Assembly (NCBI GenBank): GCA_977020255.1
Contig: CDROCS010000253.1
Location: 1,178,001-1,242,000, forward strand
Length of the DNA: 64,000 bases
Direction: 5' to 3'
Origin: Obrimoposthia wandeli
Taxonomy: Eukaryota
This document shows positions 38,684-49,050 of this stretch, one piece after another. Each line of letters opens with the position of its first letter. Positions within the stretch are counted from its first letter, which is position 1. Under the pieces are notes generated by a model, which worked only from the letters and a program-made list of their open reading frames with translations, was not told the origin of the DNA and did no database searches. The translations under genes were made by a program, and so were the position numbers.

Positions 38684-39280
38684 TTATTTGTTGGCCATTA
38701 AAAATTGCCATTGCTCACTAAAATCAGTGCTTGGCTTTTTACTGTAGCCGGACCGAACATATTGACTGATTTTACCTTCAGCGAACGATACTAATAGGCT
38801 AGCCAAAGCGGCTTCACTAATAGTAAAGGTTTTACCTTCACGTAATTTTCGTTCTCGTAATACTTGTTTAAATTGTGATTCTAATTTTTCAAAAAATAGA
38901 TGAACTCTACCGTGTAAACGTTCGTTTTCACCCATTAATGCATCGCCTGTTAATATTCTACACATACCAGGATTTCGCTCAGAAAAAACGATTAAAACAT
39001 GCAGGATGTGATGGCAGCGTACTAAGGCTTCTTTGTGATCCGTTAAAATCAAATTGATACGCGAAAAGATAGATTCTTCGATAAAGTCGATTAAGCCTTC
39101 AAACATGCGTGCTTTGGACGGGAAATGACGATAAAGAGCCGCCTCTGAAAAGCCGACTTCAGCCGCTAGTTTTGCGGTAGTGATACGCTGCCCAGGACAG
39201 TTTTGTAACATTAACGCTAAGGATTCTAATATTTGGTGTTTACGGTTTGGCTTCTGGTTTTTGTTTTGTGTGGCGACCAT
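38684..39280 (-). CDS. slmA: Nucleoid occlusion factor SlmA
   Basis: [48 protein letters not shown]; downstream of coaBC. Confidence 0.95.
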   Translation of the reverse strand: MVATQNKNQKPNRKHQILESLALMLQNCPGQRITTAKLAAEVGFSEAALYRHFPSKARMFEGLIDFIEESIFSRINLILTDHKEALVRCHHILHVLIVFSERNPGMCRILTGDALMGENERLHGRVHLFFEKLESQFKQVLRERKLREGKTFTISEAALASLLVSFAEGKISQYVRSGYSKKPSTDFSEQWQFLMANK

Positions 39281-39357
39281 ATAAAAATATTCTCTACTGT
39301 TATCGTTCTGTCCATCAAGCTAATGAATAACTTGTTCTCAAGATAAATTCAATTACC

Positions 39358-40569
39358 TTATTGCTGAGTGTTTTTGGCTAAATAATGTTGATTGATTAAT
39401 GATACTAGCTGTTTGGCAACAATTTGCTTATTGGCTAGCGGAATTTCGATTTTATCAATGGCACTATAGAGGGTTAAAGCATTATCATCACTATTAAAAC
39501 CTTGCCCTGCTTTAGCAACATCATTAGCCGCGATTAAATCTAAATTTTTACGCATTAACTTGCCACGAGCATAGTGTTCAACGTTTTGCGTTTCTGCCGC
39601 AAAGCCAACGATGAAAGGTTTATTAGCTAACTTTGCCACATCAGCAACGATATCATGATTTTTGATAAGAGAAATTTGCATATGATCATTATCTTTTTTG
39701 ATTTTTTCATCGGCAATATTGGCAACTCGATAATCGGCTACCGCTGCACAGGCGACAAAAGTAGTTGCTTGTGGAACATAAGTTAGTGTTTGTTGATGCA
39801 TTTGTTCGGCACTAGTCACTTGGATCAGCTCACAGCCTATAGGAGCGGTTATATTTACGGGGCCAGAAATTAACGTCACCTGAGCGCCAGCACTTAATGC
39901 GGCATGAGCAATGGCATAGCCCATTTTTCCTGAACTATGATTGGATATATAACGAACCGGATCTATTGCTTCACGTGTTGGCCCAGCAGTAATTACCCAA
40001 TGCTGACCTTGTAAGTATTTGTCGACAAAAAAATCGCTACTTAAGGTAACTAATTCATTCACATCTAACATGCGACCTAAACCGATATCACCACAAGCCT
40101 GTTCGCCAGTACCAGGGCCCCAAATATGATGTCCCCACTGTTTTAATGTGCTGATGTTAACTTGTGTTGCTTTGGCATGCCACATTTGTTGATTCATTGC
40201 AGGAGCAATAGCTATTGGTGCGCTAGTTGCCAAGCATAATGTTGATAGTAAATCATTGGCCATGCCAGCGGTAATACGAGCAATAATATCTGCAGTGGCA
40301 GGAGCTATAATAATTAAATCAGCCCATTTAGCTAGTTCAATATGCCCCATGGCAAGCTCAGCCTGACTATCGAGTAGGCTGTCAGAAACATGGTTGCCCG
40401 ACACTGCTTGAAGCGTTAATGGCGTAATAAAGGCTTTTGCACCTTCGGTCATAACCACGCGTACATCTGCGCCATGATCTTTGAGTCGACGCACTAATTC
40501 TGGTGTTTTGTAGGCAGCGATGCCACCAGTAATACCCAGTACTATTTTTTTGTCCTGAAGAATTTGCAT
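39358..40569 (-). CDS. coaBC: Phosphopantothenoylcysteine decarboxylase/ligase CoaBC
   Basis: [53 protein letters not shown]. Confidence 0.97.
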   Translation of the reverse strand: MQILQDKKIVLGITGGIAAYKTPELVRRLKDHGADVRVVMTEGAKAFITPLTLQAVSGNHVSDSLLDSQAELAMGHIELAKWADLIIIAPATADIIARITAGMANDLLSTLCLATSAPIAIAPAMNQQMWHAKATQVNISTLKQWGHHIWGPGTGEQACGDIGLGRMLDVNELVTLSSDFFVDKYLQGQHWVITAGPTREAIDPVRYISNHSSGKMGYAIAHAALSAGAQVTLISGPVNITAPIGCELIQVTSAEQMHQQTLTYVPQATTFVACAAVADYRVANIADEKIKKDNDHMQISLIKNHDIVADVAKLANKPFIVGFAAETQNVEHYARGKLMRKNLDLIAANDVAKAGQGFNSDDNALTLYSAIDKIEIPLANKQIVAKQLVSLINQHYLAKNTQQ

Positions 40570-40703
40570 AAACTGCTAATATTAAAGTAAACAATATGGC
40601 CGATAAGATAACATTTATTGTCTTTATTTAGAAATAAGAGTTGCTAAATAGACATGATGTCCAAGTGATAATAAATACAAAAATGTAAAGCAAGGATGCA
40701 CTT

Positions 40704-41441
40704 ATGGTAAAAGAATTAGCGTTAAAAGAATCACAGTTAAAGGAATTAGCTTTAAAAAAAAACACCTTAAAAAATTGGCCTGAAATGGAGAGGCCACGCG
40801 AGAAGTTAGTAAATTTAGGCTCATCAAGTTTAAGTGATGCGGAGTTGTTGGCCATATTTTTACGCACGGGAGTGAGGGGTTGCAATGTGGTCGATCTTGC
40901 TCGGCAATTATTGAGTAGCTTCGGTAGTCTTAGCGCTATATTTTCTGCAAGCCAAGAAGACTTTTGCGCAAGACATGGGCTTGGAGTGGCGAAATATGTG
41001 CAATTACAAGCCTGTTTAGAAATGTCTAAACGTTATTTGGCCGAGAAAATTAAAGAGAGCGATTGCTCTTTAACTTCTTCACAAGCTACACGGGATTATT
41101 TACTCAGTGAACTGCGCTTAGAAAATCGAGAAATATTTGCGGTGCTTTTCTTAGATAATCAGCATCGGGTGTTAACCTTTGAACGATTATTTTTTGGTAC
41201 CCTTAATGCTGCAGCCGTGTATCCCCGAGTTGTCGTAGAACAAGCGCTAAAACATCATGCAGCAGCGGTAATATTAACCCATAATCATCCATCCGGTATT
41301 GCGGAAGCAAGTATTGCCGACAAACAAATAACGACTAAATTAATTCAAGCACTACAATTGATTGATGTGCGTGTATTGGATCATATAATTGTGGCAGGAC
41401 ATCAGTGCTATTCTTTTGCGGAACATGGAGAACTTGTCTAA
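40704..41441 (+). CDS. radC: RadC family JAB-domain protein
   Basis: ERPREKL..G...[20 protein letters not shown]...S..D JAMM motif, LDHIIV; divergent from coaBC. Confidence 0.95.
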   Translation: MVKELALKESQLKELALKKNTLKNWPEMERPREKLVNLGSSSLSDAELLAIFLRTGVRGCNVVDLARQLLSSFGSLSAIFSASQEDFCARHGLGVAKYVQLQACLEMSKRYLAEKIKESDCSLTSSQATRDYLLSELRLENREIFAVLFLDNQHRVLTFERLFFGTLNAAAVYPRVVVEQALKHHAAAVILTHNHPSGIAEASIADKQITTKLIQALQLIDVRVLDHIIVAGHQCYSFAEHGELV

Positions 41442-41561
41442 TCTTTTGTTACAAGTATAAAATTAAGTGGATAGGTTGCTAAAAAGTTTAAAGGCAATTA
41501 CTGTTAATAGAGCAAGTTAACAATATTAAAAGTAATAACTAAGAACAATAAGGATTATCTG

Positions 41562-41873
41562 ATGGTAGAAATCAGTGGTGATGAGGCGGATCGTCGCCAA
41601 TCATTTCGTTTAGATATGGAAAAAGAGTTAGTTGATATTATTTGGTTAGATGAACAAGGCAAAGAGCATCGTAAGAAAATAGCTTGTCTTGATTTTTCTC
41701 GTGGCGGGTTAAAGATTGATTGTGATCAGCTTTTACCTTTGCAAGCCCCGGTAACAATTGTATTTAAATCGGCCAGTACGAGTAGTCAAAAACTTTATGG
41801 CAAAGTGTTGCGATGCATTAAGCAAGAAAACGGATGGTATGAAGTGGCATTGACATTAGATCACAATGACTAG
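41562..41873 (+). CDS. Stand-alone PilZ domain protein
   Basis: RRQSFR (RxxxR) and DFSRGG (D/NxSxxG) c-di-GMP-binding motifs. Confidence 0.9.
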   Translation: MVEISGDEADRRQSFRLDMEKELVDIIWLDEQGKEHRKKIACLDFSRGGLKIDCDQLLPLQAPVTIVFKSASTSSQKLYGKVLRCIKQENGWYEVALTLDHND

Positions 41874-41959
41874 TGTTACCAACAGAACTGATGCGTATAT
41901 AAAGTGAAATAATAGTCGTTGAACTGCACTTAGCTTGGTAAGCCATATGTTGTAGCTAT

Positions 41960-41973
41960 TACGCTGCAGCGTA
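41960..41973. promoter_or_regulatory. Perfect 14-bp palindrome upstream of parA
   Basis: TACGCTGCAGCGTA. Confidence 0.5.
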
Positions 41974-41977
41974 TTAA

Positions 41978-42001
41978 TTTGATAGTAGTTTTGATAGTAG
42001 T
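41978..42001 (+). repeat. Perfect 12-bp tandem direct repeat directly upstream of the parA RBS
   Basis: TTTGATAGTAGT twice. Confidence 0.85.
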
Positions 42002-42016
42002 AAAGGATAAAAGGGT

Positions 42017-42685
42017 ATGATGATTTTAGTGGGTGGTGAAAAAGGTGGTAGTGGCAAGAGTTGTTTAGCACAGAATCTCGCCGTATATTTCGCCCGAAAT
42101 AAGAAAGCAATTGTCTTAATGGTTGATTGTGATCCCCAAAGAACAACTTCTGATTGGATACAAGCAAGAAATAGTGACCCATCTCTCCCCGCAATTAACT
42201 GTATTCAATTGTACGGAAAAATTCGTAATGACTTACTGAGTTTAGTGCAACACTATGATTATGTCATTGTCGACTGTGGTGGCCAAGATAATTTAGCTTT
42301 ACGCGCTGCTATGTCAGTGGCTGATCACGTAATTATTCCCTTAAGACCTAAAAGACGAGATTTGAAAACGGTACCACATATGGAAGATATGCTCAGTACT
42401 TGTAAAATGGTGAACCCGAAGATGATGGCCTCTTTTGTTATCACTCAATGTCCGGCATTACCAAACCAAATGGGTAGGATACTTGAAGCAAAAGAAGTAT
42501 GCAGGTCTTATGGTATTAATGTTTTAGATGCCATAACCTATAATCGAAATATTTATGATGATAGTGAAGAATTGGGCTCTTCTGTTATTGAAATAGATCC
42601 TACAGGTAAAGCCGCTCAAGAGATGTTCAATATTGCCGAAGAATTACTGGCGATGGAACCGGATAATTCCCATGAGTTTAACTGA
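42017..42685 (+). CDS. ParA/MinD-family ATPase (short, no N-terminal HTH; type Ib/ParF-like)
   Basis: GGEKGGSGKS deviant Walker A, VDCDPQ, VIVDCGG, 222 aa. Confidence 0.92.
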   Translation: MMILVGGEKGGSGKSCLAQNLAVYFARNKKAIVLMVDCDPQRTTSDWIQARNSDPSLPAINCIQLYGKIRNDLLSLVQHYDYVIVDCGGQDNLALRAAMSVADHVIIPLRPKRRDLKTVPHMEDMLSTCKMVNPKMMASFVITQCPALPNQMGRILEAKEVCRSYGINVLDAITYNRNIYDDSEELGSSVIEIDPTGKAAQEMFNIAEELLAMEPDNSHEFN

Positions 42686-43109
42686 TTTAAAGAAAGGCAA
42701 GGATAGCAAAGTAAAAAAGAAAAAATTCACCATTGATGAGTTTATTTCTGATGCGGAAAACTATGCAAAAGGTGCGCCTAAAATTGTTAGTGAATTAACA
42801 AATAATGAACCCGCGAGTCATAAACTCAGCCTCCAGCAAGCGATTAGTGAAGCTAAGCGTTATGTTGAAATGACTGAGATAGAACATCAGCAAGCAGTAG
42901 CAGTGAAAGCAGGTGTTAGAGCTAGATTGGCTAAACCCTTTAGGCGAGCAACATTTACGCTCAGTGAAGAAGCGATAGAGCAGTTACAAAATTTATCTGA
43001 AGGGTCAGACTTAGCTAAATCACATATATTGCGTATTCTTATCGATGAATTATGTAATAAAGAACAAAATGAGCAATTGAAGAAATTACTGCAATCAGGA
43101 ATAGATTAA
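42672..43109 (+). CDS. CopG/ribbon-helix-helix partner protein
   Basis: Likely start ATG 42672 overlapping the parA end. Basic N-terminus; C-terminal RRATFTLSEEAIEQLQNLS...KSHILRILID (beta-alpha-alpha). Confidence 0.8.
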   Translation: MSLTDLKKGKDSKVKKKKFTIDEFISDAENYAKGAPKIVSELTNNEPASHKLSLQQAISEAKRYVEMTEIEHQQAVAVKAGVRARLAKPFRRATFTLSEEAIEQLQNLSEGSDLAKSHILRILIDELCNKEQNEQLKKLLQSGID

Positions 43110-43160
43110 GGATATAAGCTTTGTTGGCTTTTTACACTTGAAAGAGACAAAATTTAGTCG

Positions 43161-43185
43161 AAAGCTCACAATCCAAGTGAGCTTT
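43161..43185. terminator. Hairpin after the ParA-RHH cassette
   Basis: AAAGCTCAC-aatccaa-GTGAGCTTT. Confidence 0.6.
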
Positions 43186-43368
43186 GTCTTTCTATTCACT
43201 ACTTAACTATATGAATTTTTTTGATAAATACTGTTTTTTTAGTATTTTACTATTAAGACTAGTATTCGTTATTCAGTTTCTCTATAATATGCCACCTTTT
43301 TCAGGATCCCGAGACGACGGTCTTGGGGAACATATAGCTCGAGCTGAAATTAATATTGGAGTACTCAC

Positions 43369-43605
43369 ATGTCTAAAATTTGCCAAGTAACAGGCAAAGT
43401 GCCAATGGTTGGAAACAACCGTTCTCACGCAAGAAACGCGACTCGTCGTCGTTTTTTACCTAACCTTCAATCTCACCGTTTTTGGGTTGAGAGTGAAAAT
43501 CGTTTCGTTAAATTACGTTTAACTCCGAAAGGAATGCGTATTATCGATAAAAAAGGTATTGATGTAGTTTTAACTGACATCCGTGCCCGTGGCGAAAAAG
43601 TTTAA
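43369..43605 (+). CDS. rpmB: 50S ribosomal protein L28
   Basis: [17 protein letters not shown]...TRRRFLPNL. Confidence 0.98.
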   Translation: MSKICQVTGKVPMVGNNRSHARNATRRRFLPNLQSHRFWVESENRFVKLRLTPKGMRIIDKKGIDVVLTDIRARGEKV

Positions 43606-43629
43606 TAACTTTATTTTAAGGAAATTATT

Positions 43630-43785
43630 ATGCGCGATAAAATTCGTTTAGTTTCTAGTGCTGGTACTGGTCATTTTTATACTACTGATAAGAATAAAAA
43701 GACTATGCCTGAAAAAATGGAAATCAAAAAGTTTGATCCAACCATTCGTAAGCACGTAATCTATAAAGAAGCTAAAATTAAGTAA
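43630..43785 (+). CDS. rpmG: 50S ribosomal protein L33 (absent from the ORF track)
   Basis: Manual translation [51 protein letters not shown]. Confidence 0.98.
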   Translation: MRDKIRLVSSAGTGHFYTTDKNKKTMPEKMEIKKFDPTIRKHVIYKEAKIK

Positions 43786-43800
43786 TTAATTTTGTTTCTC

Positions 43801-43829
43801 AAAAAAACCCGGTTTTTCCGGGTTTTTTT
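43801..43829 (+). terminator. Rho-independent terminator of rpmB-rpmG
   Basis: AAAAAAACCCGG-ttttt-CCGGGTTTTTTT. Confidence 0.85.
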
Positions 43830-43896
43830 ATGCCTGAAAAACGGTATATATCTGGGTGTTATACGCGCTATTCAAGACAAAGTTCAGTATGATATA

Positions 43897-43943
43897 TATA
43901 CCCAAGCCTCTTGAAACCTGCATCTTCATGTGGCTTGGGTATA
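43897..43943 (-). mobile_element. 47-bp minimal MITE (two fused ends)
   Basis: TATACCCAAGCCTCTTGAA + ACCTGCATCTTCATGTGGCTTGGGTATA; matches both termini of copy B in reverse orientation. Confidence 0.85.
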
Positions 43944-43967
43944 TGATTAGTTTATTGGAAAATTTAT

Positions 43968-44468
43968 ATGAAATTATCTCGGACAGGCTGGAACAACGTC
44001 ATTATTTTTTCAGTGATGACTATAATTTTATTGATCAATGCTACCAACGATAAACTATTTCCTAATGAAGTAAATGGAAATAATGGTGAGCAATTAATTC
44101 TGCCGCAACATGGTGTTATTTTAACATTGGCAATTGATTTTTCAGCAAGCCAAAGTGTGTTATTAGAACGCGTCGGTCGTAGCTGGCAGTTAACCGCTAA
44201 AGGGTTAATACTGGAAAAAACGGAACAGCAGATTGAGCAGATGATGTTTGCTTGGCAACAAAGTAGCGGCTTAGTACAGGCAGCTGAAATTATGATTGAT
44301 GGTGCTCAAGGTGTCGCCGTAAAAATTGCTTTGGCTGGTGAGTCACAAGTCAGAACCTTCACACTATACCCATTAGATGACCAATTATTAATTTATCAAC
44401 AAAAAGATAATGTTTGGTTAGCGCTACCTGCAACTCTAGCTCAACAATTATTACCTGTTAGTTTCTAA
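43968..44468 (+). CDS. Hypothetical membrane-anchored protein
   Basis: MKLSRTGWNNVIIFSVMTIILLIN N-terminal TM; upstream of mutM. Confidence 0.8.
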   Translation: MKLSRTGWNNVIIFSVMTIILLINATNDKLFPNEVNGNNGEQLILPQHGVILTLAIDFSASQSVLLERVGRSWQLTAKGLILEKTEQQIEQMMFAWQQSSGLVQAAEIMIDGAQGVAVKIALAGESQVRTFTLYPLDDQLLIYQQKDNVWLALPATLAQQLLPVSF

Positions 44469-44498
44469 CGGTTACAATTGCACTTACAAGAAGAGATT

Positions 44499-45793
<1,295 letters not shown>

Positions 45794-46026
45794 TTATTGT
45801 ATTTTTTAACTGCTGTTAAGTGTCATTGTAATGGGATAAGTAACTTAGTGACAAGTATTTATGCTTTGAATTTTGCCGCTAAGCCATGAATAATAACAAA
45901 AATGAATAATTTATCACAAAAAAAAGCAAAAAAGCTTAAAGTATTTACTCAAAACACTTTATATATACTGAATTTTGATAGTATTATTGTGTTAGTTTTA
46001 ATTAAATCAAATTAAGAAGTAGCTGC

Positions 46027-46689
46027 ATGAAGACCCGCGATAAAATAATCCAAGCCAGTATTGAATTATTTAATGAGCAAGGAGAGCGTAATGTTACCAC
46101 CAATCATATCGCTGCTCACTTAGCCATTAGCCCTGGTAATCTGTATTATCATTTCCGTAATAAAGAAGATATTATTTTATCTATTTATGAAGAGTATGCA
46201 CGTAGCCTACTATTAGATACATTGCCAAAGGTTTCTGCGGGAGTAAAACCGTTAGATTCACTGGTTTTGTATATGGATTCTGTTTTTCAAACCACAATGA
46301 AATTTCGCTTCTTCTATAGTAATCTGCCTGTGCTATTGGATAAAAATCCAATTTTGCGGGAAAAGTATGTTGAAGTGCAACAGTCTATCTCAGAGCGTGT
46401 TAGTCAGCTTCTTATTTCATTAAGAGCTGCTGATTATATTGACTTTAATGACGATGAATTGGCTGATATTGTCAGTATTTTACGTCTTATTAATACCTTT
46501 TGGGTCAGTTTTCACCAAACTCAGACCATAGTTAATGAAGTCAACGATTCAGTATTTTATCAAGGAGTACTTAAAATATTAGTTATCTTACGCCCGTATA
46601 CTAAAGCACATGCAATTAGCGAGCTTAATCACGCTCGTGATGTGTATCAGCAAAGATATCGTGAAGAGGCAGAAATAGCTTGTAGTTAA
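46027..46689 (+). CDS. TetR/AcrR family transcriptional regulator
   Basis: LFNEQGERNVTTNHIAAHLAISPGNLYYHFRNKEDI HTH. Confidence 0.92.
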   Translation: MKTRDKIIQASIELFNEQGERNVTTNHIAAHLAISPGNLYYHFRNKEDIILSIYEEYARSLLLDTLPKVSAGVKPLDSLVLYMDSVFQTTMKFRFFYSNLPVLLDKNPILREKYVEVQQSISERVSQLLISLRAADYIDFNDDELADIVSILRLINTFWVSFHQTQTIVNEVNDSVFYQGVLKILVILRPYTKAHAISELNHARDVYQQRYREEAEIACS

Positions 46690-47705
46690 GCTGTAATTTT
46701 GAATTGAAAGTTATCTGGTTTTTCATAACCTTGGCTGACATTGAAGTAAAAATTTCCAATTCGTTGTGCTCGCTGTTGTACCTCATTTGACTGCACAGGT
46801 TTTATGCTTTGATTCGAGGCTAGTTTTTGATTTGATGTACTAGAGGTAATCGCTTCTTGTGCGGATAATGTTTGATTGATAAAGGCATCAAACTCATTAC
46901 TTTTATCAGCGTGATTATCATCAGTTAAGGTGGCATTAGTTTTTATATTCAGCTTATTATTTGATTGAGTTACCTCATCATTTTTCAGTGCTAATAGCTC
47001 TGATTGTGCCGCGAGAATATTCTGTGCCGCACTAGCGGCCACCCTAGTATCTTGTGTTGATGGACTTGCTGGTGCCAATGCTGCCGCGTGTACTTTTTGC
47101 ATCTTAACTATTGTTGCTTGCGGATCACCAGCGACGCTGCTTAAATCGACAGCAACCTCTCCACCCACTGCATATTTTTTTCCATCAGGTCCAATTTCAA
47201 AAGTATATGAAGGTGAGCCTGTGGCAGCACCCCCTGCCGTTGCGTGGGCTAACTCATGCGTTCTTACTTCTTTATCTCTTTGCTGCAACTGAATGATTAT
47301 TTTTTCGTCAGCGCGAATTTGCTTGCTACTTTCATCAGCTTTATCTTTCTCTGATGTGCTGCTGTTAGTGTTCGAGTGTTGGTCTTCTTGATTTTTCTGA
47401 GAGCTCTGCTCGTCTTGCTGAGACTTACCTTGTTGATCGCCTTGTTGGTTTTCGTGCTCAGAAATAGAGCTAGCAGCATGCTCTGCTTGTTTTCTTAAGT
47501 TAGCAAAATCGACTTGTTCGTTTACTTGAGCCGGTGTACGAGCTCGATCTTTATCTGAAGCGACACCTTTTTCAGCTGCGGATGGGTGGGTAGCGGTAAC
47601 TTGGGTAATAACTTCTCGTTGATGATTATCACGACGCAAGCCTTCCGTAGGCGGATTGACTACGGTGGCTAGGGGTAAGTTTGCTGTATGCGGAGTAATA
47701 TTCAT
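46686..47705 (-). CDS. SprA-related / CJM1_0395-like putative metalloprotease
   Basis: L..RDKEVRTHELAH (HExxH), GPDGKKYAVGGEV..D, AALAPASPS.QD..VAA; Q/S/N-rich linkers. Confidence 0.8.
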   Translation of the reverse strand: MNITPHTANLPLATVVNPPTEGLRRDNHQREVITQVTATHPSAAEKGVASDKDRARTPAQVNEQVDFANLRKQAEHAASSISEHENQQGDQQGKSQQDEQSSQKNQEDQHSNTNSSTSEKDKADESSKQIRADEKIIIQLQQRDKEVRTHELAHATAGGAATGSPSYTFEIGPDGKKYAVGGEVAVDLSSVAGDPQATIVKMQKVHAAALAPASPSTQDTRVAASAAQNILAAQSELLALKNDEVTQSNNKLNIKTNATLTDDNHADKSNEFDAFINQTLSAQEAITSSTSNQKLASNQSIKPVQSNEVQQRAQRIGNFYFNVSQGYEKPDNFQFKITA

Positions 47706-47717
47706 GATGAAATATTA

Positions 47718-48026
47718 TTAGACGGTTACATCAAGTAGGGTGCCAAGTGAATCATCAGCACTTCTAATGACTTCTGTTGAAGCTTTTGCTTGAAATTCAG
47801 CCACTTTCAAGTTGACTATCGCTTGGTTTAAATCAGGCAATTCTAAATGGCTACTTGGATTACTTACCTCAGTGTTCACCTCACCATTACTGGCCGGGCT
47901 CTTTTGTGGCTCAGTAGTCAACGTTGTACTCGCGACAATATCAGCAGCAGCTTGATCAGCTGTTGCTCTCGCATTTTGTAAACCTTGTAAACCTGAATTC
48001 ATTGCAGATGGTATTTCCACAGGCAA
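47718..48026 (-). CDS. Small protein resembling flagellar rod/hook terminal helices
   Basis: SAMNSGLQGLQ.A N-terminus and IVNLKVAE.QAKA...VIR.AD..LGTLLDV C-terminus. Likely start GTG 48020 (AGAGGA RBS). Confidence 0.7.
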   Translation of the reverse strand: MPVEIPSAMNSGLQGLQNARATADQAAADIVASTTLTTEPQKSPASNGEVNTEVSNPSSHLELPDLNQAIVNLKVAEFQAKASTEVIRSADDSLGTLLDVTV

Positions 48027-48125
48027 TCCTCTATTACTAGTAAGCTACGTTGGTTAATTATTAATCTAAACGACGAAGAAGTAAAGGTGAATTGACATCA
48101 TAACAAAGCAAGCCCGTTTATTAAG

Positions 48126-48947
48126 TTAGCTAAAGTGTGACTCTAACCAAGTGACTAACACCTGATAAAAATCATCAAGGTGAGAAATAAATGGTGCATG
48201 GGAAGCATTTTCAAATAAGTGCGGGTCACTATTTGGCGCTAAATGATTAACTTGTTCGATCACTGCTTTGGGCACCAAACTATCGTTATGCCCGTATAAG
48301 CGCAAAAAGGGTTGTTTGATAGTTGATAAATACTGGCGTAGATCACAGTGACTTAATAATGCTAGTGAATCAGCTAAAGTTTGTTGGCTAGGAAGAGCAT
48401 GTGCCATAACTAACTGGGTGATCAGTTTTAAGTCCTGTCGGATATGAGGGCTGCCCATTGCTTGAATTTTTAGGAAACCACTAATTGTTTTGGCGGTATC
48501 TTTGGTTAATTGGCTATGAAAGCTATCGAGAACATTTTCCTTTATGCCTGGCCAACTGTTTATCGGTTGTTCGACAAAATATGGGCTACTGGCAACGGTA
48601 ATGAGTGCCAATACTTTTTCTGGATATTTGAGAGACATTTCTGTTGCCAGTAAGCCACCTAGTGACCAACCAAGGTAAATCGCCGGCTGGTCAATTACTT
48701 GTTCAATATGATGACAAATATTGACTAAAGAGTAAGGGCTTATATCAACGGCACTATTGATTCCAAAGCCGGGTAAATCAATGGTGATGAGTTGGTAGTT
48801 ATTCTCGTTGTTAGCATGGAATAATGCTAATAGTGGTTGCCAAATACCTGAATTTAACCCCCAACCATGCAGGAGAACAATAGGGATTACATTTTTTTTA
48901 AGGGTGTTAGTAGGGGGAAAGGTGGAAAATGTTAAGCTTTTTGCCAT
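48126..48947 (-). CDS. bioH: Pimeloyl-ACP methyl ester carboxylesterase BioH
   Basis: LLHGWGLNS, DLPGFG, GWSLGG, D.LVP, SHAPFISH; divergent from comF. Confidence 0.93.
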   Translation of the reverse strand: MAKSLTFSTFPPTNTLKKNVIPIVLLHGWGLNSGIWQPLLALFHANNENNYQLITIDLPGFGINSAVDISPYSLVNICHHIEQVIDQPAIYLGWSLGGLLATEMSLKYPEKVLALITVASSPYFVEQPINSWPGIKENVLDSFHSQLTKDTAKTISGFLKIQAMGSPHIRQDLKLITQLVMAHALPSQQTLADSLALLSHCDLRQYLSTIKQPFLRLYGHNDSLVPKAVIEQVNHLAPNSDPHLFENASHAPFISHLDDFYQVLVTWLESHFS

Positions 48948-49050
48948 GCTTATTACTGCACTATGATAATCAAAGCGTTAGTTTATATCATATTGGGCGG
49001 CAGCAAAGGTAATTTAAAGGTGGTTTAAAGGTAAGTAAAAGGTAAGCAAT

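Noticed and set aside
42633-42671. Track's longer starts for the RHH gene (also ftsX 19369, mutM 44478, LRR kinase 10455)
   Set aside because: Family N-termini and RBS context favour the downstream starts 42672, 19411, 44499 and 10410.
43290-43368. Structured rpmB leader as an ncRNA or riboswitch
   Set aside because: Small hairpins are present, but I cannot match them to any known motif.
48030-48120. Sigma-28 promoter for the SprA-related pair
   Set aside because: No convincing TAAA-N15-GCCGATAA.
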